From assembly GCF_006345805.1 (NCBI RefSeq), contig NC_043001.1, forward strand, positions 7,440,001 through 7,504,000: a stretch of DNA of 64,000 nt. Reading direction: 5' to 3'. The number at the start of each line of letters is the position of its first letter. Within the stretch, counting starts at the first letter, position 1. A program made the position numbers and the translations under genes. Under the pieces are notes generated by a model. It was given only the letters and a program-made list of their open reading frames with translations, ran no database searches and had not been told where the DNA came from. The stretch comes from Octopus sinensis. Taxonomy: Eukaryota. Positions 12,570-24,689 of this stretch are shown piece by piece.

Positions 12570-14271
12570 ATTCCTACGTTCATATAAATACATATCTATG
12601 TTGATGTATGTGACTGTGTATGAGTTTTCGTGTTTGTGATTAAAAAAATGTGAAGGCCGAAAGGTGATTTTCGTTGCTATGATAGGTAGAGCTGATTACC
12701 AATATATCTGATATATTCTTGAATTCGGAAATCCCAAGAACTTTGTAATGCACAACCTATATCATTGTACATATATGCATATTAGAAAAAGTCGCTGGTA
12801 GGTTAAATCAGAATGATAGTAATAAATGGTTTCGTTTTAATTAGGCACGATGTTTTAGGTCTTGAGTTCAAATTCCCTGCTGCGAACGTTACTCTACAAC
12901 CATGCAAGTTCCATTGTAGAATTGCCAGTAGAACGGCAGAGTCAATTTATCTACCCTTGGAGCTTATTAGTGATGACGCCTTAGGAATGGCTTGCTCAAT
13001 ATGAATGTTTCCTGAGTTTATAAAACTATGAGAGTCGAGGCTTCCAAATAACCTTTGATATCTAAGAAAGCTGTGTTCAGTATTTTCACATATTGCACAA
13101 ATTCCACCCTTGTGATGCGTAACGGTAGACACTTGAGAGCTTCGTACAAACTGACATGAGGTATATCATTACGATTTCCACTGCAATTATATTGCATCGA
13201 TATCAAATGTCATTTCTTTCTGAAGTTTATTAAAATATCAATGAGGCACGGACCTTGGTTTAATCCCGAGGTTAACACACGTCAGCGTAGCACAGAATGT
13301 TTGAAAACGTGGAGTATCCTGCTATACGAGGACGAAACAATGTCTACAGCTTATATATTTTGCTGAACACTTTTCCAACTAAGACTTGTGCGATACGTTT
13401 AAAGACCTCACATTGAGTTGCTCTTAAAGGTGTTATTTTCAGAAAGATGTCAGACATAATGAAATTCTGCATTAAATTTTGAAAGGATGATTTTGATATA
13501 CAGAATTTTCAGATTAAACCACGACATAAAAAAATGTAGTGATGTCATTATTAGGAAGAAGAAAGCATTGCATATCGAAAAAAGTTAAACTTAATATTCA
13601 TAGAAAATTATTGTAGAAATTTCTAATGAGAGAAGAAAAAAGTTTCGATAAATAAAATACAGGTTCTTGTTTCCATTAAATTTGAAATAAATATCATATT
13701 TATGCTAGTGTAAACGAGCAAATGGAAATGAAGACTCACACACACATACACATATTCATAGGTATGCATATTTATGTGTCGTGAGTGCATCTGTATACGG
13801 ATCTTCCTAACTATGTGGTGGGTAGTAGTTACGCTGTTTTAAACCGTAACAGATTACTATATTGAAAAAATGCGAAGAAAGTAGTATAACAATACAACAG
13901 TTATTTGCATTTATTATGACCCCTTCTTGTGGAAAATAGATCTTTGAATAAGATAGGGATCATATACACAATTTCGTGGAAAAATTTACATATCTACTTA
14001 TATTAGCACTTTTATGCGCGAAGTGGGAGGAAGAGATATCATTTCCCCGCCATATCGGAAATAATATATGAGACATTAACCGTTCTTGAGATACCTTGAT
14101 AATTCAGTTTCTTTGCGTTTCCTTTATTAACGAAAGCCAATGCAGTTTCTAAATTCCTAAAAAATAAAAGACAGAAACACAGACATGCATACATGCAGTA
14201 CAGGCATTCAGACACACACACAAACAATCATTCCCTCTCTCTTTCCCTCTCTATCACACACATCACATACA

Positions 14272-14322
<51 letters not shown>

Positions 14323-15784
14323 TATATATGCATATATACATGCAAATATATATATGCAAAAACAGGCACTCATACTACATATATGAGCGTGTGTTATGTG
14401 TGTGACTGTATACATACACACATGTATATTTTCGTCGAAAGAGATATAACACAAGGCACATGTAGAGTATAATTCAAATTAACATGATAATCAAATCGGC
14501 AAACAACAGGCCTGCAAATGAATCATTGTGTGACCCGAAGAAATTATTCGCAAACAATAAATTAAAATATTTTTAGACATATTTTGGGGGGAATTATTTC
14601 CTTTATTAAAGGTACTTTCTAAAATTGCCGGAATGTGCATATTTGCTATTTTCGTTTACTCTTTTATAAATTTATTTATTTATTTTGCGATATGAATAAA
14701 TACTTCCTATGCTAATTATAAATTAAATTATTGCTGCTTCATGCTTTTTAATTATCTCTTAAATAGCATAGTTAATTTAAGATTATGTGTGTCGCTGATC
14801 AAGAACTGGATTAATTTAAGGAAGGATTCCGATATCCTCTCAATATAGATCAAAGAATATGTTTTCACAAATGCAATGCAATATCAATCTAATTACATAT
14901 TCATTTATGTTATAAACCAGACATTTTGGACAATAATAGAAAGGAAAACAACAAAGATATTTCGAAAATGGATATTTCTGAAAATTAATAAGATATGGCT
15001 GAAATCCTATATTCCTTTAAAATTATTTTTGTTAAATTACATACACACTCTTGTTTATACGCACATAGATTAAATATGTATAATTATCTTTCATACAAAC
15101 GCAATGCAAGTAGTACACATGCTAGAAATTTAGCCGTTTCTATTGACTTCAGCACTTGAATGTTAGCGTGTAAGATGTACGCTGTCATGTTGAATGTTTT
15201 ACTTGTTCTCCACATTATATGTAATCTGGAGGATAACAAAAGGAAGCATCTAATACGTGGCATATTTTCCAAACCTCAAACGATGCTGACAACGTGTTTT
15301 ATATTTAGAATAATTAATAACACGAAAATTTCCATATATTTCTGACAGCTGCTTACATGATAAAATATTTTGATGTGGGTTATTTGCTATCGTAAAACAA
15401 ATACATGCTTATATGTTTGGAATGCTTGGCAACAGGGATTTGAGTTGGTACAATATATATGTTTATATTTTAGGATATGATGATTATGGGGAATTGCTGT
15501 GGTAAAAAAAAAACAAAAGAAAAGAATTTGCTGATGTATTAGAATATGTTGTCAATGGTGTTTTGGTTTAATTCAAAATAAATCGAGTTTAAATTTCCGA
15601 ACTGATGTTATACTACCTAATTTTAAAAATATATATAAAAATATTTTTCATTAATATTAGAAGGAACAGAGTACTTCTGATCATTTCCCATTCTTAGTGA
15701 CCCCTTGGTATTCCCGTATGCATATCTATGTAACTACGCGTTTATGCATTAATGTATACATGTATACAAACACGTACACACAAC

Positions 15785-15827
<43 letters not shown>

Positions 15828-16118
15828 ATATATATATAATATGTAATAATATATATATGCACGCGCGCGCATACATAATATATATATATATATATACTCT
15901 TTTACTCTTTTACTTGTTTCAGCCATCCGGCTGAGGCCATGCTGGGGCACCGCCCTTGTTGCTACCCTCTCTAAGTCCAGTTTGCCGTGGCTGGCCACTG
16001 ATCTAAGAGAGAGTTTGTAGCTGCTGCCCTTAGGTTACCTTCGTACCTTGCAGTGGGTTCATCTGGGATCCCGGAAAGCAGCTTGTCTAGATGTTTTTTG
16101 AAAATGTCCACATCCGCA

Positions 16119-16560
16119 TCATGTAGATCTCTTAGTTTTTGGCAGTTTGTTGAACAGCTGAGGGCCCCTGAACCCCAGGCTATTACAGTATCTGCTCCTT
16201 ACCCTGGATGTGGAAGACGGGACCTTTGGCACCACACAGTGACGTCCTGTACGGGGATTGGAACAGCTCTCAATTCCAAAATTTGGTGCTAGTCCCTCCA
16301 GGATTTTCCATATGTATATCACTGCATATCTCTCTCCTCTTCGTTCCAAGGAGTACAAATTGAGTTCCCTAAGCCTCTCCCAATAGTTCTTTTCTTTCAT
16401 GGTGGAAATCCTCTTGGTGAAATGTCTTTGGATTGTCTCAAGCTCTGTGGTTTTTGACACTATGCGGTGACCACAGTTGGGAGCAGTAGTCCAGGCGGCT
16501 TAGGACAAATGTCCTCCATAGTGTCAACATGGTCTCGCAGTCTCTTGTCCGGAATGTCCT
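16119..16560 (-). pseudogene. LINE ORF2 C-terminal segment
   Basis: GWILRTFRTR...LDYCSQLWSP, then LETIQRHFTK...LNLYSLERRGERY...SLGFRGPQLFNKLP. Confidence 0.9.
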
Positions 16561-18557
16561 CAGGATCCAGCCATTGAGTCGTCTGCACATTGTCGCCACC
16601 TTCGCGATGTTGAAGAAAAAGATGCATCGTCACTCATGTCTATCCCCAGGTCCCGTATTGATTTCGATACTGGGATTTCGATCCCTCCTGGACCAGTATA
16701 GTTGTGTTGTAATGTATATGTGTTTACAGCTTGATATTGTAAGGCTTGAAATTTACCAGCACTAAATTGCATGTTGTTGTCTTCAGCCCATTTGTATATG
16801 GCATCCAGATCTTGTTGTAAAAGGTCAGCATCAGCTGGGTTTTTGATTGCCTGTGCTACCAAGGGCATGTCAGAGAGCGCCACCAAAATCAGCAAGGGTC
16901 CCAAGACTGTGCCCTGTGGCACCCCGCTTGCTATTGGTGTCTTTCCCGAAAGGGCTCCATTGGCTGCAACCATCTGGCTTCTGTCCTTCAGGAAGTCATG
17001 TATCCACTCACCTACTTTTCCTGTTATGCCGAGTCTGAGTAATTTGTGACATATCACTCCGTGGTCGACTTTGTCAAAGGCCTTCGCATAGTCGAGATAT
17101 GCCACATCCACCTGTGAGCGATCCAGTAGTTGTTTCAGTACCCAGTCGTAGTGTTGTAACAGCTGCGTAAGGCAGCTTCCTCCTGGGCGAAAGCCATGCT
17201 GTGTGTCAGTGAGACGGTTAGTTTCTTCGAGGAACGTGATCAGTTTTTTTCTGATGATTCGTTCCATGACCTTACTTATGTGTGACGTCAGGGAGACTGG
17301 CCTGTAGTTTTTGGCCTCTGCTCTACTCCCTCCTTTGTGGATAGGCCATATGGTGCCTTCTTTTAGCGCCCTGGGCAGTTTACCGTTAGCCAAGGAACCA
17401 CTGAAGAGCTTCTTCAGTGGTCCCGCTAGGGCATGCCTGCATGTTTTTAGGAGGACTGCTGGGAATCCATCTGGTCCAGCAGCTGAGTTTATTCTCATTT
17501 CTTCAATGGCAGATATTACATCCCTCTCTGTTATGTCTATGTGGTCGATGGTTGTTGTTTGGTTTTGGAGTGGTGTGGCATCAAAGAAAACTTCTGGGTT
17601 TGTGATTTGCATGTGCCCCAGAGGGGATGTGAACACACTTTTATACTGTTCCTTTAGTATTTCACTTATCCCTTGGGGGTCCTCAGTTAGAGAGCCCTTT
17701 TTATCAAAGAGTGGGCCAATCTTGCAGTGTACCGAGGTGGTTTCTTTCGCAAATTTAAAGAAGGCTTTAGGGTTTGTTTTAATATTCTCTATGGCCCTGG
17801 CTTCTCTCTCTGCCCTCTCCTTCTCATAGGAAAGTTTGAGTGCAGTTTCCGTTTCAAAAAGTTTCAGGTGGAGTCCCTCATTGTTTCTCTGCCGTGCATT
17901 CAGTTGCTTCGAGAGCTTAGCTCTTCGCCTCATAAGTATTTTCCTGTCTCTGGGAATAATGTTCCTATGCCCGCTGGCTTTTTTCTCCGGGACAAACTTA
18001 TGGCATATGTTCTGTATTGTTGTCATGAAATGTTGGAAATGTGTGTTGGTGTCTTGTGTGGTGATGAAGTCACTCCAGTCATGTTTTCGGATCTCTTCGT
18101 TGATCTTCTTCCAGTTAGCCTTATGGAAGTTTAGACTGGATAGGCCTGTGGTATTTTGTAATGGCTGCGTCTCAACTAACTCTCTCATACCATATATCAT
18201 TACCTCTACTAAGTTGTGATCTGAGAGAATTGTTGGTGTTACCATTATGTTGTGGATGAGCATCGGGTTGCTTGTGAAACAGAGGTCCAAGACATTCTCA
18301 CCTCTTGTTGGCCGAAGCACTGCTTGCTCCATGAAAAACTTGCGTGTGAGAGCCAACAAGGACTCTGTCTGTCTCTGTTCAAGTGATGTCATTCCAGGGA
18401 GGAGATGGCCATCTGGCCATTTGACTTTCGGAAGGTTAAAATCTCCCAGCAGTAGAATGGTGTTACCCTGGTCATGTTTGTCCAGGACTTCTTCTATTCT
18501 TCTATTCTTCAAACACTCCTTCATGACTAGGGGTGTCTGGTGGCCGATATGTGACAC
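16560..18557 (-). pseudogene. LINE ORF2 APE C-terminus + reverse transcriptase (YADD motif deleted)
   Basis: LLGDFN, PTRGENVLDLCFT, SDHNLV, AAGPDG, NYRPVSLTS, QHGFR, YLDYAKAFDKVDH and SGVPQGTVLGP are present; no YADD between SDMP and AIKN. Confidence 0.95.
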
Positions 18558-18939
18558 ATATTACTATTTTCGGTTGTTTCATGTGTACTATCAGTGTGTC
18601 ACAGACTGAGTTTGAGTGTGTCAACAGTACTATGGGTGTGACATCTTCACGGACGTACAGGGCAACCCCACCATGAGTTCTTTCCTTCCTATCTGACCGA
18701 AAAACAGTATACTTTGGTACGTGTATTTCTGCATCTGCTATACTGCTTGACAGGTGCGTTTCAGTCAGCGCTATGCATATTGCATGGTTGCTTGTGCTTA
18801 AGTCCCTAAGGTAAGGAATTTTACTCATATTAGTGGGTTTCACCAGACCTCTGACATTCAGCAGAAGCACTGGTGAGATATTTGGGGTGTCAATAAAGGC
18901 TGTCGGTGTGGCACCTGGGCTGGTGTCAGCGGTGGCCAT
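18502..18939 (-). pseudogene. LINE ORF2 APE endonuclease N-terminal segment
   Basis: LLLNVRGL...IALTETHL...VFRSDRKERTHGGVALYV...VTYRPP motifs. Confidence 0.92.
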
Positions 18940-18940
18940 A

Positions 18941-18970
<30 letters not shown>

Positions 18971-18971
<1 letters not shown>

Positions 18972-19103
18972 GTTAATCCAAACAAGAAAACACAAAATAA
19001 GCATAACAACGCGAGGACGTGGAACAAATATAGTATTATTGGACGCCCAGGAAAGAAGGAGGGTTTAATGTTTCGAGTGGAGCTCTTCGTCGGAAACATA
19101 GGA

Positions 19104-19104
<1 letters not shown>
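18971..19104 (-). mobile_element. short HHR-bearing repeat, family A (PLE-derived)
   Basis: Homologous to 31690-31835; flanked by (TA)n on both sides. Confidence 0.75.
19063..19097 (-). ncRNA. degenerate minimal type I hammerhead motif (family A)
   Basis: GTTT-CCGACGA-A-GAG-CTCCA-CTC-GAAAC-ATT-AAAC; stem I GTTT/AAAC; U4C and G16.2A changes. Confidence 0.6.
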
Positions 19105-19191
<87 letters not shown>

Positions 19192-19837
19192 TTATATGAA
19201 TATCACATACCTTATATACCTTATGGAATATGTCACTTCAGAATTTGTACTAAGTTACAAGCAAAAATTCCTTTCTCAATTTAAACGACAATCTGACCCT
19301 TGGGTTTGATTAAAATTTGGGTAAAATGAACGATAACCGAATGGGATGTGTAGTTTTCTGAACCCGGATTAAATATAAGCAAAATATAAACTATTTGCTT
19401 GAAATCATACAATCGTATCGAATGCGTGACGGGAAACTTTGTTGTTACTTCATAGAATCATGACTTCTTTCCCACTGTAAATCCTTTCTCTATTAATGGC
19501 TTAAACTTACAATATCATGCCAGCTATATTGCTTATCTACACAATAAGTCTGTATAATTAATGAATCGCTTTTAGAAGTAGAGTTATATTGTAGTTTAGG
19601 GAAGCAGATAGATTGTGACTATTTATTATTTATTTGTATTCATACCAATGCCTGATCGCCGTTAAAATGTATTTACAATGCAAACATTAATTACTCATGT
19701 ACACATGAAGGTATGTAGGGTATGTATATTTCTACGTATGAAAGTGATTGTAGTTGTTAATTATTCAAATTCTCCCTTAGAGAATAAAGCTGTTATCTAA
19801 CGAAGTAACAAGGCCCACATCTGAAGGACATTCAGTT

Positions 19838-20710
19838 ATGTTAAGAAAGGGCACACAGTTATGTTTAGAAATGCCTACACCCATGCCATACAGGTCTCTT
19901 AAGCTTTGTGGGAGAACACTAAAAAGCTGTAGGCCCTTGAAGCCCAAACTCTTGCTTCAACTGATCCTGTACCCTCATGGTAATTTTGGGTACTATGCAG
20001 TGGTACCCCGTCCTGTTTTTTTGTATATCTTACAATGCCAGTGCTTGGTACTTGTATTCTTAGGATTTCCCAGGGATATATTTCTGCATATCTTTCCCGC
20101 CTTCGTTCTAGGGATTAGAGTCTTAACTCTTTCAGTCTCCCCCAGGAGCTGATATATCACATTGTGTCGAACTTCTTTGTGTAGTTGCGTTAGATCGCCT
20201 GGAATTCCGTCGTTAAATTTTCAATGTTAGGTGAACACAATTGGAAGCAGTAATCCGGATGGGTGTGGAGAAACGTCCTCCAGAGAACCATCATGGATGC
20301 CATTTCTCTCATTTCGAAACATCGAAGGATCCATCCGACCAAGTGCCTGCATTCTTTGCCAATTCGGTAATATGCAACTGGAAAGATGAATCATTACTCA
20401 TGTTGATGACAAGGCCATGCATACATTTTCATTCAGGGATCACAATCTCTCTTGCGCCATTGTATCTCATCGGCATTTCAATGAGTTTCTTTGTTGGTCG
20501 CACTGGACATGTAATTTTTCAACATTAAACTGCGTGTTATTTTCCTAAGCCTACCTGTACATTGCGTCCAACTCATTTTGCAGATTCGCAACATCTCCGA
20601 AATTCTGTATTCTATGAGAGAGATTTGAACCATCTGCATACCTAGCAATAGTGGCTACTTGAGCAGTTAAGGGCAAGTCAGAGAGGATCACCGTGAATAG
20701 CAGCGGCCGA
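19838..20710 (-). mobile_element. decayed CR1-group LINE 3' part (RT C-terminus)
   Basis: LSDLPLTAQVATIARYADGSNLS..LQNELDAMYR and SLGFKGLQLFSVLP..LRDL. Confidence 0.85.
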
Positions 20711-21054
20711 AAGACATATATATGTAAACACACACACATTTATGGATGCATATATATGTATGAATATACATATATGAATACATATATGTATATTCATATG
20801 TATAAATATACATGTATATATGCAAGTTTTTATATATGCTAATATATTTATACATATATACAAGTATAAAGATGAAAACAGGAAAAGTAGAACTGAAAAT
20901 ATGAGCATCTGTATATTCTTTTTAATATTTAAAGGAAGCATCAGAATTACTCGAGACTGGATGCTTTCGTGCGTTAGCACTTATCAAAATAGTTCGATCA
21001 GTGCCAACGCGAGAAATCCTCGGATTATTAATTTGTCTATTCTTCCGCAAATTA

Positions 21055-21055
<1 letters not shown>

Positions 21056-21133
<78 letters not shown>

Positions 21134-21179
21134 ATATATATATATATATAATATATATATATATTATATATATATATAC

Positions 21180-21215
<36 letters not shown>

Positions 21216-21285
21216 CATATATATATATATACATATATATAAATGTGCGTATGTGTTTGTATGTGCGTATGCGTGTGTGTATCCT
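21056..21285. repeat. (TA)n/(TG)n microsatellite
   Basis: Direct runs. Confidence 0.95.
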
Positions 21286-22291
21286 TAAAAATTTTAAAGT
21301 ATTCGGAAGATATAGTGGCATAGTTTTGTTTGGAATTGCTACCAACATTGTCAACGTTCTGGTTTAATTATTTGCTATGGTTTCGATATCGTGAAATCTC
21401 ATCAATGGTCAGCCATAGTTATTTTCAACACCATCAAGTCTATAGACTTTCACAACAGTGTAATGTCCAGTCCAGAGTTGAAACCAGTTCTATAATTTTT
21501 CCCATTCCCATCAATATGAGATCTGCTCTTACATTAAAACACACTGCATGTCTCCGCTGTATCAGAATTATTTCTTTTTTTTTGCTTCTGTCATATCTTA
21601 TAATTATGAGTCTACATTTTCACTATAAAATTACATCCATTTTCCATAGTTTTTGGAGCATTGCTTTATATCGTATGTATTCTGGTATCTCACACTATGG
21701 TCGCCATCAAGTATCCACCTCGTAAACGTCGAGATTCTTCTATACGAAATCTCTTAGGATTTAAATGTTGCAATTATTCATCGCAGCTCCATGTTACCAT
21801 GCATATAACATAATGAAGTGTGCAAAATTTGCTCAACGGGGATTCGTCGAGAGATTACTATAAACATTTTTATTAACTAATTTTACAGCTAATCGGTTAC
21901 TGAATTTTGCACCATAGCCTCTGTAGGGTGCATAATTAGAAATCCTAAAAATACACTTTTCACACAAAATGCAACAATGTTTTATATCAGAAATCCACTC
22001 ATTAAAACAAAGGCATTGTACAAATAATTACATATTTGTAATCAGTTATATACTTGTGACTCGATACATGGTTATCTGAATATATGGTGTTTTTCAATTA
22101 AACATCAACAGACAGCACTTATAGCTAACTCCAAACTTACAATAAAATTGAAGTACTACTTTTCAATATCGAATAGAACTGAAATCTAGATATACAAATG
22201 AGGTATATTTTTATAGTGCAAATATATGTCAACTCATGGAAATCTGTAAAACTGATAATTTTAGAGCGGTCATACCAGGAAGATTTTACAT

Positions 22292-22508
22292 TACGAAGGG
22301 TGCTGAAAAGTTCCTGGCTCTGGATAAAAGAAAACACAGGAGAATCAGTTAATTATGATTTTATTCATCGTATATCCTTTTCAGATTCACACTTTTATTG
22401 CCGTGGTTTTACATCTTTTCTTAGCCCTGTAAAATACCTCGGAATTTTGAGCCTCCAGCCAGGCCTTTCACAATACCCTTAAAACCAGAATCTTTTCAGC
22501 ACTCCTTC
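22292..22508. mobile_element. mariner-like MITE
   Basis: TA-CGAAGGGTGCTGAAAAGTTCCTGG at the left end, inverted CCAGAATCTTTTCAGCACTCCTTC at the right; second copy at 50172-50388. Confidence 0.7.
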
Positions 22509-22949
22509 CTATTGTTGTATCAATTTGAAACCATGCCACAAACATAACAAACAAAACAAAAATGACAACAATTTTTTTTACATTTACAGATCTAATAACT
22601 ATTAACAATAAACAATAAAATTCGTCCATTAAGCAATGAAAATTCACCCATCCCATATCATGTGAATTTATACATTTAGTCTGTGAACAATCATCGAAGA
22701 ATGGCTTTTCTCGTATCCAAGTTTTCATAGCAGGTTCTTATATGTCTGTCATAATACACAGTCCATGGCTAATCTCTACTTTATGTTTCTTCACACAATC
22801 ACACGCACATGCATATACATCATATTTATATACATACACAACTGGAAGTTTTCATCCCTTTAATAAAGTCTGTGTGCTATTGTGTGCTTCACAGTATTTT
22901 CAAAGTTGACGATAAATATTAACGACGTCGTAGGCATGTCTCTGTAGCT

Positions 22950-23095
22950 GAGAAGCTCTGTTTTCAATCACCTGGTCTCAGGTACAGTCTGCCTGCGTGA
23001 CATTTTGACCTACTATCCTCTGGTACAGCTCTCAGTCGACCAATGATGCGTATGGAAATATGATAAGAAAATGGAAGCCCGCCGCGTGTGTCTAT
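22950..23095 (+). mobile_element. old, diverged 5' half of the long tRNA-SINE
   Basis: GTAGGCATG...GAAGC...CAATGA..CGTATGGAAAT...GGAAGCCCG followed by (TG)/(TA); weak alignment to the 5569 copy. Confidence 0.45.
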
Positions 23096-23128
23096 ACACA
23101 CACCACACACAAATGTGTATATATATAT

Positions 23129-23171
<43 letters not shown>

Positions 23172-23205
23172 AAAGGTTTGAAAATGCAATTTAAACGATG
23201 TTTAT

Positions 23206-23250
23206 TTACTTAACCGGTTTCACTCTTTGGTAAAAGATTGTCAAAAGTAA
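23206..23250 (-). ncRNA. type I hammerhead motif with U3-A8 core variant (Neptune pLTR)
   Basis: TTACTT-TTGACAA-TCTTTT-ACCA-AAGAGT-GAAAC-CG-GTT-AAGTAA; 6-bp stem I; palindromic ACCGGT stem III. Confidence 0.65.
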
Positions 23251-23849
23251 CATTGAATATTATGGGTTCAAAAAAAGTTTTTTACATAATGTCACATTGA
23301 ATATTATGAATTCAAAAATGTTTTTTTATACATAATTGTCACATTACATGTATAAATATAGTATAAAAAAGTTCAATAGTGTGATGAGAATATTTGTAAA
23401 AATTGGCAGAAAAGAATAAAACAAATATTATTGGAAATTTGGTTGCGTTAATTATTGGTTGTCGCAAATTGTCACATTACATGTATATATATACAGTCTT
23501 TGGTAGAAAGGACATGTTAAAGACATAAGAAGTGTAATAGTTTGGTGAGAAAGCTTGTAATATTGACAGAGAAAATTAAATTGGATATTTTAGACATCTC
23601 AGAATATTTTGAATCGAAGGCGAGAATTTGTTTTTTACTGACCTGTTTGTTTCAGCAGAAAAGTTGAATTGAGAGAAAAAAAGATGTGTACCCAGTTTGG
23701 TTTATACTTCCCCTTCAAGCATCAGTGATTTTGGGGTTATTGGGAGGTGAGTATGCGGGTGTGAATAGATGTGTCCGTGTGCCTGCTGGTCAGACAGCGT
23801 CTGTTTGTCACACACATATATACACACCCACAACAACAACAACACACAC

Positions 23850-24524
23850 CAAATCAATCAACATTCAAGACCTACGAAAACCCAAACACATCCACAGTAC
23901 AGTAAATAGCCTCCCCTATCTCTCAACACACAACCCAAGGAATGCAGAAGCTTACACTATTATATACAACAACATTCCACAACTAAATCAAGACCCACGC
24001 CTGAAAAAAATACTGGCAGCTCATAAAATAATAAAAAAGTAAGAGACAACCAAAACCCTAAAAAACCTCCTCACCACGCAAAATTACACAAAATTACACA
24101 ACACAACCCACCGCCCACCATCAAAAAATGTGGTTCGCCCCAACTGCAAGATACCTGCCTCACTCTTGAGGGATCGTCGTACAAGTTCCACTCGGGACAC
24201 ACATTCATCATAAAAAATAATTTCACGTGCGCATCAAAAAATTTACTCTACGACATAAGGTGTGAAGGATGCTACGAAGACTACATAGGGCAAACGAGCC
24301 TAACCCTCAGAGAAAGAATGACAGTTCACCGACAACAACTGAGGGACCCCTCCACAAGACAGATACCACTAAGTGCACACTTAGACCTTTGTGCACACAA
24401 TAAGTCCCCCAAATTCTTAGTCTTCCCACTATACCAATGCTCGGACAACACCACAGACCAAACACGAATAAATAAGGAAAGTAATCTTATTCAAAAATAC
24501 AGACCACAACTAAACATACTCTGA
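23850..24524 (+). pseudogene. PLE ORF C-terminus: linker, Cys knuckle and GIY-YIG endonuclease
   Basis: LPYLSTHNPRN...KRQPKTLKNLLT...KCG(R)PNCK(T)C...FTCASKNLLYDIRCEGCYEDYIGQTSLTLRERMTVHRQQ...KESNLIQKYRPQLNIL*; small indels shift the frame upstream of ~24160. Confidence 0.92.
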
Positions 24525-24689
24525 CATACCCCCTGGACACACATCCAGAGCAAGCACACAGGGACACGCGCACACTCACAGCATATCGTGCGGGCGGTCA
24601 CATGCGCGCATCGGCACGCATAGGACACACTAGCGGGCATTGACCGCACACATACGTGGCACGCACACGCATGCATTATATATATGTAG

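Larger units (their letters stand above)
15897..18939 (-). mobile_element. CR1-group LINE, 5'-truncated, frameshifted ORF2 (APE endonuclease + RT), inserted in (TA)n
   Basis: APE, RT and C-terminal segments in three frames, then a 3' UTR ending in a stem-loop and (TAAAAGAG)n tail; TA repeats on both flanks. Confidence 0.95.

Noticed and set aside
24540-24680. G-enriched CA-like tract suggesting retro-copied A-to-I hyper-edited RNA
   Set aside because: Extra Gs look like insertions or doublings, typical of decay or read error; no unedited reference is available to show an A-to-G bias.
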